The position numbers and the translations under genes are program-made. DNA of 14,203 bases from a virus: the IMG/VR virus record IMGVR_UViG_3300045988_123958; one strand, written 5' to 3'. Below are positions 5,813 to 12,457 of this stretch, one piece after another (position 1 is the stretch's first letter; each line of letters starts with the position of its first letter). The notes below the pieces were generated by a model. It was not told the origin of the DNA, ran no database searches, and saw only the letters and a list, made by a program, of their open reading frames with translations.

Positions 5813-6068
5813 AGCCAATCACATTGACCTCGGTTTTGACAGGCGTTACCATCTTGTCGCGCGAGAACTCGCGAACCTGACCCGTTTCAAGATTCACCGC
5901 GTAGCAATACTGCGAACCTCTCGACCGAACGAACGGCGTGTTGTTGTTGCTGTCAATTTTGAGATACATTCCCATACCGACGCCATTGGAACGCGGGGTG
6001 GTGAATGTGCCACCGCTGAGAACGTTGATAATCTGGAACTGACCCTTAGTGCCAAAATTTACTTTCAT
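5811..6068 (-). CDS. hypothetical protein (85 aa), translationally coupled to 6083..6397
   Basis: Second ATG chosen (GAAAGAGGAAATAAAA-ATG). The upstream gene's TGA stop lies in the SD. Confidence 0.55.
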   Translation of the reverse strand: MKVNFGTKGQFQIINVLSGGTFTTPRSNGVGMGMYLKIDSNNNTPFVRSRGSQYCYAVNLETGQVREFSRDKMVTPVKTEVNVIG

Positions 6069-6082
6069 TTTTATTTCCTCTT

Positions 6083-6397
6083 TCAAAATTCTTCTAAGAA
6101 ATGAATTGGTTTATGATTTGGTCTGAAAAATGCCATTCCCTCAGTATAAAGAGAATTAAACAAATCCGCGGACACTTCAAACCATTCTGTGCCACTAATG
6201 CGATTGCCTAACTCACTTAAAGTCAGATGACAAGAATTTTCAATGTCTCGACTTCCGGCGCAAGTGCTACGCATTATCGCTTTCGGATTGTGGCTATAAT
6301 AGCTTTTACGACGCTTTGCGAGGTTTTTAGTGCCGTCAGAATAGCCAACTTTAACCAAATGGCTATTGGTTAAATTATCCATCATCAAATACAGCAT
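6083..6397 (-). CDS. T5orf172 / GIY-YIG-like domain protein (104 aa)
   Basis: Pattern hLVKVGYSDG...LAKRRKSY...C-H...R...TEWFEV resembles the T5orf172/MUG113 signature. RBS GTGAGGTAAAA-ATG. No strong promoter of its own, so probably co-transcribed with 6554..6760. Confidence 0.45.
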   Translation of the reverse strand: MLYLMMDNLTNSHLVKVGYSDGTKNLAKRRKSYYSHNPKAIMRSTCAGSRDIENSCHLTLSELGNRISGTEWFEVSADLFNSLYTEGMAFFRPNHKPIHFLEEF

Positions 6398-6553
6398 TTT
6401 TACCTCACAACAGATGGGTATTGACCCAATCTGCGGTCACAAGTCCAATTTCCTTAGAGACAACCGTTTCATAACGGTAATTACCACCGGCAGTTCGTCC
6501 GGTCACTTTGGCGAGAACGCCAAGAGTAAGCCAAAAATAAGGCATCATTTTTA

Positions 6554-6760
6554 TCACCCCTTATTGCCGACCGAGAAGATGGACTGTAAAAGCACGAGAA
6601 TAATCCAAATTGCGAGTGCCAACTTCCACGAGAACACGATGACGAAAGTGCCGATTGTGGTGATACCAAGGGCGGGAAGAAGCCAACAGAGAAGCCAAAC
6701 CAGACCAGAGGTAAGCAGGAACGAAACAGCGAGAGACAGCAGAATCAAAAGAACAATCAT
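6554..6760 (-). CDS. small membrane protein (68 aa, two predicted TM helices)
   Basis: Hydrophobic throughout. RBS GAAAAGGGGAAAATAAA-ATG. Promoter 6790-6818. Confidence 0.6.
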   Translation of the reverse strand: MIVLLILLSLAVSFLLTSGLVWLLCWLLPALGITTIGTFVIVFSWKLALAIWIILVLLQSIFSVGNKG

Positions 6761-6789
6761 TTTATTTTCCCCTTTTCATTTGATGTATT

Positions 6790-6818
6790 TATTATACCAT
6801 TGGAGTAGGACTTTGTCA
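6790..6818 (-). promoter_or_regulatory. sigma-A-type promoter, TTGACA-17-TGGTATAAT
   Basis: rc of 6813-6818 = TTGACA; rc of 6790-6795 = TATAAT. Confidence 0.65.
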
Positions 6819-7316
6819 AGCCCTTTTCTCCAAAAGTTCCGAAAGTTTTTCGATAATGTTTACTGCGGTCGGGTCAATGGTAGCGCCCAAGTGCCAACCA
6901 TTCCGAACCTTTTCATTATCGTCAACCAAGATGGACACGTCGTAGCGGTCGCGCACGCTGTCGGCCTTAGTCGCGCCATACTGGACGCCGTGGAAGTGGT
7001 CATAGTGGAAGCCCTGTTCTTCAAGCCATGCGCGCTTTGCTTCACGAACGGCGTTCTTGTATTCCTCGCTCGAATCCTTAGAAAGCCAAGTGATGATATT
7101 GATTTCCCAACCCTCGGCGCGGAGAAGTTCGCAAACCTCATTCAGTTCAGCCATATCGCACATAGGAACGGCAGGCCGATAGGGCGTGGGGTTTTCCGAA
7201 CGGAGAAGCGCAAGCCAATCCTTGACGCCGTAGAGGTCAGCAATAGTGCCGTCCATGTCAAAGTTGATGGAGCGTCGAGTGGCTACAACGTGGGACTTGA
7301 TGTAAGTGATTTTCAT
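6816..7316 (-). CDS. HAD-superfamily 5'(3')-deoxyribonucleotidase-like protein (NT5C family)
   Basis: Motif I FDMDGTIADLYG (DxDGT), a distal SILVDDN acidic motif, length 166 aa. RBS AAAGGAAAGGGGTAAACACCA-ATG. Promoter 7348-7376. Confidence 0.6.
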   Translation of the reverse strand: MKITYIKSHVVATRRSINFDMDGTIADLYGVKDWLALLRSENPTPYRPAVPMCDMAELNEVCELLRAEGWEINIITWLSKDSSEEYKNAVREAKRAWLEEQGFHYDHFHGVQYGATKADSVRDRYDVSILVDDNEKVRNGWHLGATIDPTAVNIIEKLSELLEKRA

Positions 7317-7347
7317 TGGTGTTTACCCCTTTCCTTTACTATGCTTG

Positions 7348-7376
7348 TATTATACCACTATTGGATTTGCTTGTCA
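7348..7376 (-). promoter_or_regulatory. sigma-A-type promoter, TTGACA-17-TGGTATAAT
   Basis: rc of 7371-7376 = TTGACA; rc of 7348-7353 = TATAAT. Confidence 0.65.
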
Positions 7377-7407
7377 AGTGTTTTTTTCAAAATTTTCGCG
7401 GTCTTTC

Positions 7408-7551
7408 TCAATACCCGAAAGATAAGAAATTAAGCAAAATCAACACAGGAATAGCGTATATGATATTGAAAGAGTCCCACCCGAGACTTTCACAGGAATA
7501 AGCAAAAATAAAGCCAAAAACGAGGCCGAAAATGCCGATTAAAATAATCAT
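7408..7551 (-). CDS. 47-aa hydrophobic membrane peptide, ATGA-coupled to 7548..7811
   Basis: The start ATG overlaps the upstream TGA (ATGA at 7548-7551). SD TAGAGGA 6 nt upstream. The ORF track's longer start has no SD and overlaps the upstream gene by 45 nt. Confidence 0.45.
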   Translation of the reverse strand: MIILIGIFGLVFGFIFAYSCESLGWDSFNIIYAIPVLILLNFLSFGY

Positions 7552-7811
7552 TCTAAATCCTCTATATGACCATAGTGTTCGCTGATATGCCATTCAAGAT
7601 AGGTATTAGTCGCAATCTGAATTTCTCTATCTAACCAGTCGTAAAAGTCCTCGGGGTCGCGGGCCATGCGTTCATCAATAATATCAGCAAGAGAAACGCG
7701 GTGGGCGAGAAATTCCGAAATATCAAGAGAATCCATAGAAGAAAGAAGTTCTTCCACACATTCTCCGCGAGTAGAAAACTTTTCAGTAGAAAAATCGTGA
7801 GTGTAATACAT
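7548..7811 (-). CDS. hypothetical acidic protein (87 aa)
   Basis: RBS AAAGAAAGGGGATACAAACA-ATG. Promoter TAGACA(7876-7881)-17-TATACT(7853-7858). Confidence 0.55.
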   Translation of the reverse strand: MYYTHDFSTEKFSTRGECVEELLSSMDSLDISEFLAHRVSLADIIDERMARDPEDFYDWLDREIQIATNTYLEWHISEHYGHIEDLE

Positions 7812-7929
7812 TGTTTGTATCCCCTTTCTTTACGGTAATTATAGTATAGCAGATTATTACATTCTTGTCTATTGGTAAAATGCCCAAATTCGGGAAAATA
7901 ATTAGTTGGACTTTTGGCTAAATTTCCTA

Positions 7930-7958
7930 TTGACAAATTGCTGAGATGGTGGTATAAT
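7930..7958 (+). promoter_or_regulatory. Cassette D plus-strand promoter, TTGACA-17-TGGTATAATGG
   Basis: Exact hexamers and an extended -10 TG, convergent with 7995-8023. Confidence 0.5.
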
Positions 7959-7994
7959 GGAATTTCCGGCCGTGGCAGGCGCAAACGGCCGGCC

Positions 7995-8023
7995 ATTTTA
8001 GCACACTATTGGATTTTTGTCAA
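7995..8023 (-). promoter_or_regulatory. Cassette D minus-strand promoter, TTGACA-17-TAAAAT
   Basis: rc of 8018-8023 = TTGACA; rc of 7995-8000 = TAAAAT. Confidence 0.55.
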
Positions 8024-8037
8024 TAGGCAAAATAAAT

Positions 8038-8082
8038 AAAATTTTGAGACGAGATTTGTTATCTCGTCTCAAAATATTTTTA
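8038..8082. terminator. Bidirectional intrinsic terminator (11-bp stem)
   Basis: AAAATTT before, AAAATATTTTT after. Abuts the stop of 8080..8532. Confidence 0.65.
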
Positions 8083-8532
8083 ACGTTCGGACACAATGCT
8101 GAGGTAGCGGACAATCATGTCCATTTCGCAACCCTTGTCCTGTTGGTCGCAAACCGCATAACCAATGAGTTCGCCGTCTGCGGTAATCGGATAAACGCCA
8201 TAAGTGTTATTGAAAATAAACGGCTTTCTTTCATATTCCCATTGGGTCGGAACATAGGCCGGATAGTTTTCCATACCCCGCAGTTTCACGGTAGTATCAT
8301 AGATTGCGATGGGACGCAGACCGGAATTCGACGCCATTGTAATAGCGGTTCGCAGAGCTTCTTCGGTCAAAGAGCCAAGTACCGAATATCTCTTGAAGCA
8401 AACGCAATCGTTGTCTTCAATGAAGATTTCGAGCGGGTCGCCCTCACGAATCTTCAAAATCCGGCGAATCTCTTTCGGAATGACCACACGTCCAATGTCA
8501 TCAATTCTGCGGATAATACCAGTAGCTTTCAT
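8080..8532 (-). CDS. AbrB/SpoVT-family transcriptional regulator with a C-terminal ~95-aa domain (SpoVT-like architecture)
   Basis: N-terminus MKATGIIRRIDDIGRVVIPKEIRRILKIREGDPLEIFIEDN closely matches the AbrB/SpoVT swapped-hairpin DNA-binding domain (compare AbrB MKSTGIVRKVDELGRVVIPIELRRTLGI). RBS GAAAGGGGAAAATTAAA-ATG. Promoter 8563-8591. Confidence 0.85.
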   Translation of the reverse strand: MKATGIIRRIDDIGRVVIPKEIRRILKIREGDPLEIFIEDNDCVCFKRYSVLGSLTEEALRTAITMASNSGLRPIAIYDTTVKLRGMENYPAYVPTQWEYERKPFIFNNTYGVYPITADGELIGYAVCDQQDKGCEMDMIVRYLSIVSER

Positions 8533-8562
8533 TTTAATTTTCCCCTTTCACTTGATACGTTA

Positions 8563-8591
8563 AGTATAGCAGAATAAAAGGCTTTTGTCAA
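8563..8591 (-). promoter_or_regulatory. sigma-A-type promoter, TTGACA-17-TATACT
   Basis: rc of 8586-8591 = TTGACA; rc of 8563-8568 = TATACT. Confidence 0.6.
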
Positions 8592-8596
8592 GCCCT

Positions 8597-9070
8597 TTAT
8601 TCAAGATTTTTGCTTTCCGCGACAAAATATTTTGCTTCATATTGATTGGCAATAGCCTTGACTTTTGCGCTTTCCTTTTGAGTTGCACAGTAAAAATTGA
8701 AAAGCGTATGTTTATCGCTCAATTCAATGTAAGAATGTGGAACGTCATGCAAATCAAAGTCAATGGTATTAGTGTATTTTGTCGGGACGGTAAGCTCGAC
8801 TTTCCATAATTTATCTTTGCGGGCTTTCTCTTCAATCCACTTGACAAAGTAAACGCCCACAAAATTACAGACGGCAGTAATAGCCATTTTTAACCAAATA
8901 GGCATACCGTCCGCGGAAGTCAGCACAATCACATAGGAATAAAAACCATAAGTGATGGCGTTGATAAGAGACGCGCTAACTTTTCCGCCGTTGACAGTCA
9001 AGATGCTTTTGATAGTTGACAGAATCACATTCACCGCCGTGCAAAGCGCGAACAGAAGAATTGTATTCAT
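8597..9070 (-). CDS. membrane protein (157 aa; about 3 N-terminal TM helices plus a C-terminal soluble domain)
   Basis: Second ATG chosen (GGAAAGGG, 8 nt, ATG). Promoter TTGACA(9113-9118)-17-TATTAT. Confidence 0.55.
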   Translation of the reverse strand: MNTILLFALCTAVNVILSTIKSILTVNGGKVSASLINAITYGFYSYVIVLTSADGMPIWLKMAITAVCNFVGVYFVKWIEEKARKDKLWKVELTVPTKYTNTIDFDLHDVPHSYIELSDKHTLFNFYCATQKESAKVKAIANQYEAKYFVAESKNLE

Positions 9071-9143
9071 TATTATCACCCTTTCCTTTTTCTATTATAA
9101 TAATATCATATTATAATAGAAATGTCAATAGAGAGTTTTTAAT

Positions 9144-9284
9144 TTACTCCTTTAATTTTTCTAATAGGTCATCAGCACATTCATAGCTGATGCTTCTGCG
9201 GTCGCGCGTTTCCCATACTTCATAAAGCTCATCTTCCGCGCGTTTTTCATATGGGTTAAAAGGCTTCTTTTTCTTACCGAACAT
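9144..9284 (-). CDS. 46-aa charged small protein (MFGKKKKPFNPYEKRAEDELYEVWETRDRRSISYECADDLLEKLKE)
   Basis: SD AAGGAGA, 9 nt, ATG. The start overlaps the last 11 nt of 9274..9612. The ORF track's 122-aa version overlaps the upstream gene by about 240 nt in another frame and has no start signals. Confidence 0.4.
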   Translation of the reverse strand: MFGKKKKPFNPYEKRAEDELYEVWETRDRRSISYECADDLLEKLKE

Positions 9285-9612
9285 TTTTCTTTTTCTCCTT
9301 TTCCTGTTTATTCCACATTCTATCAAAGAACGCATTTGCGAGAACACGCTTGTAAAGGTTGTCAGGCATGGGGCGCTCGCCGTGCTTGTTTCTCCAAATC
9401 GCGGTGATTTTATCAATATCCGCGATATAGGCGGTAATGAGTGTGCCGTCGGAAGCGCTACGAACGAGAAGAACACCTGTTGTAGTGATAGTGTAGAGAA
9501 CATCGTCCTCAACGCTGTCGATATATGGTTCGCCGATTCCTACATTATCGTAGATGAAGAGCAGGCGGTCAATGCGGTCTTGCGTGGCGTGTTTTGACAT
9601 TTTGATAAGCAT
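9274..9612 (-). CDS. hypothetical protein (112 aa, MLIKMSKHATQDRIDRLLF...)
   Basis: RBS GAAAGAGGTAAAACAA-ATG directly downstream of promoter 9650-9678. The ORF track's N-terminal 44 codons run through that promoter. Confidence 0.55.
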   Translation of the reverse strand: MLIKMSKHATQDRIDRLLFIYDNVGIGEPYIDSVEDDVLYTITTTGVLLVRSASDGTLITAYIADIDKITAIWRNKHGERPMPDNLYKRVLANAFFDRMWNKQEKEKKKNVR

Positions 9613-9649
9613 TTGTTTTACCTCTTTCTTTTCCTCTTGGATTGATTGT

Positions 9650-9678
9650 ATTATACCATATGGGGAGGGGCTTGTCAA
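9650..9678 (-). promoter_or_regulatory. sigma-A-type promoter, TTGACA-17-TGGTATAAT
   Basis: rc of 9673-9678 = TTGACA; rc of 9650-9655 = TATAAT. Confidence 0.65.
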
Positions 9679-9688
9679 GCCCTTTTTA

Positions 9689-9817
9689 TCAGAAATGATA
9701 ATTTCTGATGATGGCGTCGAACTTGGGAGCATGCGCAAGGGCATTATTTTTAGCTTGAATTTCTTTGCGGACTTCCTCGGCTTTGCGCGTCATTTCATAA
9801 GCATATTTAATTTCCAT
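9689..9817 (-). CDS. 42-aa small protein (MEIKYAYEMTRKAEEVRKEIQAKNNALAHAPKFDAIIRNYHF), not in the ORF track
   Basis: Own promoter TTGACA(9870-9875)-17-TATAAT(9847-9852) with the -35 inside the inverted repeat atagggc/gccctat. SD GGAAAAGGAGAAACACC-ATG. Confidence 0.4.
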   Translation of the reverse strand: MEIKYAYEMTRKAEEVRKEIQAKNNALAHAPKFDAIIRNYHF

Positions 9818-9895
9818 GGTGTTTCTCCTTTTCCTTTGATGTTTTCATTATAACATATAGGGCTTGTTTTGTCAAGCCCTATATGCAATTTTTTT

Positions 9896-10204
9896 TTAGC
9901 AGTAGGCCAGATTCCCGCGCGCCCAGCCATATACGCTGATTTGATTGCACGCCTTGCCAATTTCAAGCGCCTGCTTCTTGGTCTGCACCCTCTTGGACTT
10001 ATCAACGAACCAAGTATTGTTGCTATACCACACACCACAGTTTCCGCCGAAGTCCTTAACCGCGTTAATAGCTTCGCGGGCGGTCTTGCACTCTACGCCG
10101 TTGGTAGCGACCTGCCAGCCGGACTTGTAGTTGACTTTCTTGCCATATTTGAGCGTCATGCCGTCGTTTTCAGCGAGTTTGCGAATAGAACGAATGTTAA
10201 TCAT
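9896..10204 (-). CDS. hypothetical protein (102 aa)
   Basis: RBS GGAAAGGGATTTACAAC-ATG. Promoter TAGACA(10280-10285)-17-TATACT(10257-10262). Confidence 0.55.
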   Translation of the reverse strand: MINIRSIRKLAENDGMTLKYGKKVNYKSGWQVATNGVECKTAREAINAVKDFGGNCGVWYSNNTWFVDKSKRVQTKKQALEIGKACNQISVYGWARGNLAYC

Positions 10205-10329
10205 GTTGTAAATCCCTTTCCGGTTTGGTAGGTTTTCCTTCCCTTACTGTGATTATAGTATAGCACCGATTCGGGATTCTGTCTATTGACATTATGCACA
10301 AAGATTTGCCCCAAAAATTTGTGCAATCC

Positions 10330-10463
10330 GCCTATTGACAAAAACTCGGCGTGCCAGGTCCGTTCGCGCGCCGGCCGATTATACCACAAAGTTTTGAAAA
10401 TGTCAATAGGCAAAATATACAAAAAGCTCGGCAGGATTTTGTATATCCTGCCGAGCTTTTTTA
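10330..10463. promoter_or_regulatory. Cassette copy E: TTGACA-only plus-strand remnant (10335-10340), short GC stem, strong minus promoter TTGACA(10401-10406)-17-TGGTATAAT(10378-10383), bidirectional terminator (10425-10457 + T6)
   Basis: Homologous to cassettes A-D. The plus-strand -10 is missing. Also carries the inverted repeat ATGCACAAA...TTTGTGCAAT at 10295-10328. Confidence 0.55.
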
Positions 10464-10655
10464 CTCTTTCCAACTCTCGATGACTTCACCGGTCATTGCA
10501 TCGATAATGTCAACCGAGAGGACGTTGTCCGCGTCCATAAACTTCTGTCCGAGGGTGTATGCGTTTTTCTGTCCTGCGACAGACACTTCATAGCGATAGC
10601 GGTTGTTATCATCAGCCTTGTAGTTGTAGTAGTTAACAGAAACGATAAATAACAT
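10461..10655 (-). CDS. hypothetical protein (64 aa)
   Basis: RBS AAAGAAAGGGGAACAAAAAA-ATG. Promoter TTGACA(10698-10703)-16-TATAAT(10676-10681). Confidence 0.5.
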   Translation of the reverse strand: MLFIVSVNYYNYKADDNNRYRYEVSVAGQKNAYTLGQKFMDADNVLSVDIIDAMTGEVIESWKE

Positions 10656-10743
10656 TTTTTTGTTCCCCTTTCTTTTTATACTCTTATTATAACACAGTTT
10701 TGGGATTTGTCAATAGTTTTTTCAAAAAAGTTTGAAAAAAAAT

Positions 10744-10762
10744 AAGGGCTTTTTCAGCCCTT
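10744..10762 (-). terminator. Intrinsic terminator (aagggct/agccctt, minus-strand U-run)
   Basis: Stem, then TTATTTTTTTT on the minus strand. Follows the stop of 10767..10928. Confidence 0.6.
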
Positions 10763-10766
10763 ATTC

Positions 10767-10928
10767 TTAGCACTTGACCCATGTGTTGACTAACTTCCGC
10801 TCAATGGTCGCGGGCTTGGTAAGCGTTTCCGCATACGCCTGTGCTTCTTTCTTCGTCTTGAAGTAGGTCGGCAGGTAGCAGCCAAGGTGAGCGCTATAAT
10901 TATCTTCGGTATAAACTCTGTATTTCAT
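10767..10928 (-). CDS. 53-aa small protein (MKYRVYTEDNYSAHLGCYLPTYFKTKKEAQAYAETLTKPATIERKLVNTWVKC)
   Basis: Internal ATG with SD AAAGGAAAGGGGAACACAAAAA-ATG. The ORF track's upstream 20 codons overlap the promoter TTGACA(10983-10988)-17-TATTAT. Confidence 0.45.
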   Translation of the reverse strand: MKYRVYTEDNYSAHLGCYLPTYFKTKKEAQAYAETLTKPATIERKLVNTWVKC

Positions 10929-11017
10929 TTTTTGTGTTCCCCTTTCCTTTACTGTAATTATAATACCATAGACCGCAAAGAATGTCAAGTGTTTTTTTCA
11001 AAAAAAAGAGAAGTTTT

Positions 11018-11140
11018 TCAACTTCTCTTTCTGCGATGAATCGCTCTCTTTACGCGGTGCTCCACGTATTCGATAAGCGCGCCCGCGCCGATAACACCAA
11101 CATAGATAGCGAGAAGAACAAGACCGTCATGAGTAGACAT
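11018..11140 (-). CDS. 40-aa single-TM peptide (MSTHDGLVLLAIYVGVIGAGALIEYVEHRVKRAIHRRKRS), not in the ORF track
   Basis: Own promoter TTGACA(11197-11202)-17-TATAAT(11174-11179). SD GAAAGAAAGAGGTAAATCAA-ATG. Intrinsic terminator gagaagtt/aacttctc + U8 overlapping the stop (11007-11027). Confidence 0.45.
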   Translation of the reverse strand: MSTHDGLVLLAIYVGVIGAGALIEYVEHRVKRAIHRRKRS

Positions 11141-11325
11141 TTGATTTACCTCTTTCTTTCTTTTGATGATACTATTATAGCATTTCGGGATAGAAATGTC
11201 AAGTGGTTTTTGGCAAAAAATGGAAAAAATTTTGCTTTAACGCTTTACTGTGGTAAAGTTCGGGCTGGGACGCCCTGCACGCGCACCACGGCGCAAGAGA
11301 AAGAGCGGGAAGCCCGCTCCCGCCC

Positions 11326-11535
11326 TTAATACATTTCGCTACTGGATTCAACTGTGAAATACTCGACATTCCGCAAGTCGAGCTTGCCATAGAATTTATC
11401 ATTATACATCGTAGCATCTGTCGCAAGTAAGTCGTTCATCTTACCTGCAATCTCCATAGCGCGCTGTTCCTCGAACGCCTGCTGGAAGAGATAGCCCTGA
11501 CCGCCCTTAGTGTAATAAACAATGCCGTAAATCAT
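11326..11535 (-). CDS. hypothetical protein (69 aa)
   Basis: RBS AAAGGAAAGGGGAATGAAAA-ATG. Promoter -35 TTGACA(11578-11583) with -10 TATTCT at 17 bp (TATAAT at 21 bp). Confidence 0.55.
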   Translation of the reverse strand: MIYGIVYYTKGGQGYLFQQAFEEQRAMEIAGKMNDLLATDATMYNDKFYGKLDLRNVEYFTVESSSEMY

Positions 11536-11601
11536 TTTTCATTCCCCTTTCCTTTTGTGATTATAGAATACCACATTCTAACTAATTTGTCAAGACCTTT
11601 T

Positions 11602-11630
11602 TGCAAAAAATCTTTGTTAATTTTTTAACA
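11602..11630. promoter_or_regulatory. Palindromic element copy 1: ctttgTTAATTTTTTAACAAtctacgccg, upstream of the -35 at 11578-11583
   Basis: 7-bp perfect inverted repeat TTGTTAA/TTAACAA. 28/29 nt identical to 12027-12054. Also the palindrome TTTTTGCAAAAA at 11588-11600. Confidence 0.5.
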
Positions 11631-11665
11631 ATCTACGCCGTTAGAAAGGGAGCATTACTGCTCCC

Positions 11666-11956
11666 TTAATCTGCGTAAAGACTTATCAATTCGTTTATCT
11701 TGTCAATGGCTTCATCAATGTCATCGAGGTAGTTGTCCGCCAACATACTTGCATGGCTGGCTTCCTCGTAGTCATCATACGCGTCGCTGAGTTCCTGTGT
11801 GCCAAACTTACCTGCATCTTCGAGGGCGTTTACTTCGTGACATGCCCTCGACATCTCACTATGCTTAGTCTGGCAATCGCGGAACGCCTGCTTGCTTTCG
11901 TTCATCAACCGTTCCTTTTCTGCTTTGAGAGTGTTGTAAAAATCCTGATTAGTCAT
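11666..11956 (-). CDS. hypothetical acidic protein (96 aa, MTNQDFYNTLKAEKERL...)
   Basis: RBS AAGAAAGGGGAATACTCAA-ATG. The ORF track's N-terminal 15 codons lie in the promoter TTGACA(12000-12005)-17-TACAAT(11977-11982). Confidence 0.55.
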   Translation of the reverse strand: MTNQDFYNTLKAEKERLMNESKQAFRDCQTKHSEMSRACHEVNALEDAGKFGTQELSDAYDDYEEASHASMLADNYLDDIDEAIDKINELISLYAD

Positions 11957-12026
11957 TTGAGTATTCCCCTTTCTTATTGTATCTACATTGTAGCACATCA
12001 TCGCGCATTTGTCAAGATCTTTTTTA

Positions 12027-12054
12027 CTCTTTTCTGCTTGTTAATTTTTTAACA
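12027..12054. promoter_or_regulatory. Palindromic element copy 2: cttgTTAATTTTTTAACAAtcttcgccg, upstream of the -35 at 12000-12005
   Basis: Same spacing relative to the promoter as copy 1. Confidence 0.5.
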
Positions 12055-12085
12055 ATCTTCGCCGATCCGCAAGAAAGAGAGAGAC

Positions 12086-12457
12086 TTAATAAGCCTCTCT
12101 CCATACCTTAATGATTGTATCATCTTCCACAGTATCAGTATCATTGTCGTTAATCCACAAGAGCAAGAAGTCGTTATCATCAATGTTGAGTGCTTCCACG
12201 TCCCACAGGTTGTCCTGCTCATCAATGAGCGTCAGGGTATCGCCCTCGCGTGCGTAGACCTCTGCACCGACGAAACGAATGCTTCCGCGTTCTGTGCCTG
12301 AACCGCACCAATTCTCAATGACCGAGAGGTCGTAAGACTGGGGTGCTTCCTCGCAGGCCATAGCCTCGGGAGTTTTGAGTGCGGAAATAGCTAAAATAGC
12401 AACAAGAGGAATGGTGATGAAGACAACCTTGATAAAAGAATTGATAATAGTTTTCAT
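12086..12457 (-). CDS. secreted or exported acidic protein (123 aa) with an N-terminal signal peptide (MKTIINSFIKVVFITIPLVAILAISALKTPEAMA/CEE)
   Basis: RBS AAAGAAAGAGGTAAATCAACT-ATG. Hydrophobic h-region followed by AMA (or a lipobox-like MAC). Promoter TTGACA(12513-12518)-17-TATACT(12490-12495). Stop inside the hairpin 12077-12105. Confidence 0.55.
   Translation of the reverse strand: MKTIINSFIKVVFITIPLVAILAISALKTPEAMACEEAPQSYDLSVIENWCGSGTERGSIRFVGAEVYAREGDTLTLIDEQDNLWDVEALNIDDNDFLLLWINDNDTDTVEDDTIIKVWREAY

Larger units (their letters stand above)
7959..8082 (+). ncRNA. Predicted ~120-nt plus-strand RNA (hairpin ccggccg/cggccgg 7966-7993; terminator tgagacgagat/atctcgtctca 8045-8071)
   Basis: Third copy of the architecture. 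Confidence 0.4.

Noticed and set aside
3521-6086. Shared ...EF-stop / GA(G/A)TTTTGAAA junction in two coupled gene pairs (3521/3279 and 6083/5811)
   Set aside because: Both upstream genes end in Glu-Phe-TGA and overlap the downstream SD, but the proteins on either side are unrelated and the match is only about 12 nt. Probably coincidence of SD-rich sequence.
6366-7433. 355-aa plus-strand ORF
   Set aside because: Starts at a TTG with no SD. Spans three minus-strand genes that each have a consensus promoter and RBS. Treated as a chance open frame.
9144-9512. 122-aa minus ORF
   Set aside because: Overlaps 9274..9612 over about 240 nt in another frame with no start signals. Only the terminal 46-aa segment downstream of an SD was kept.
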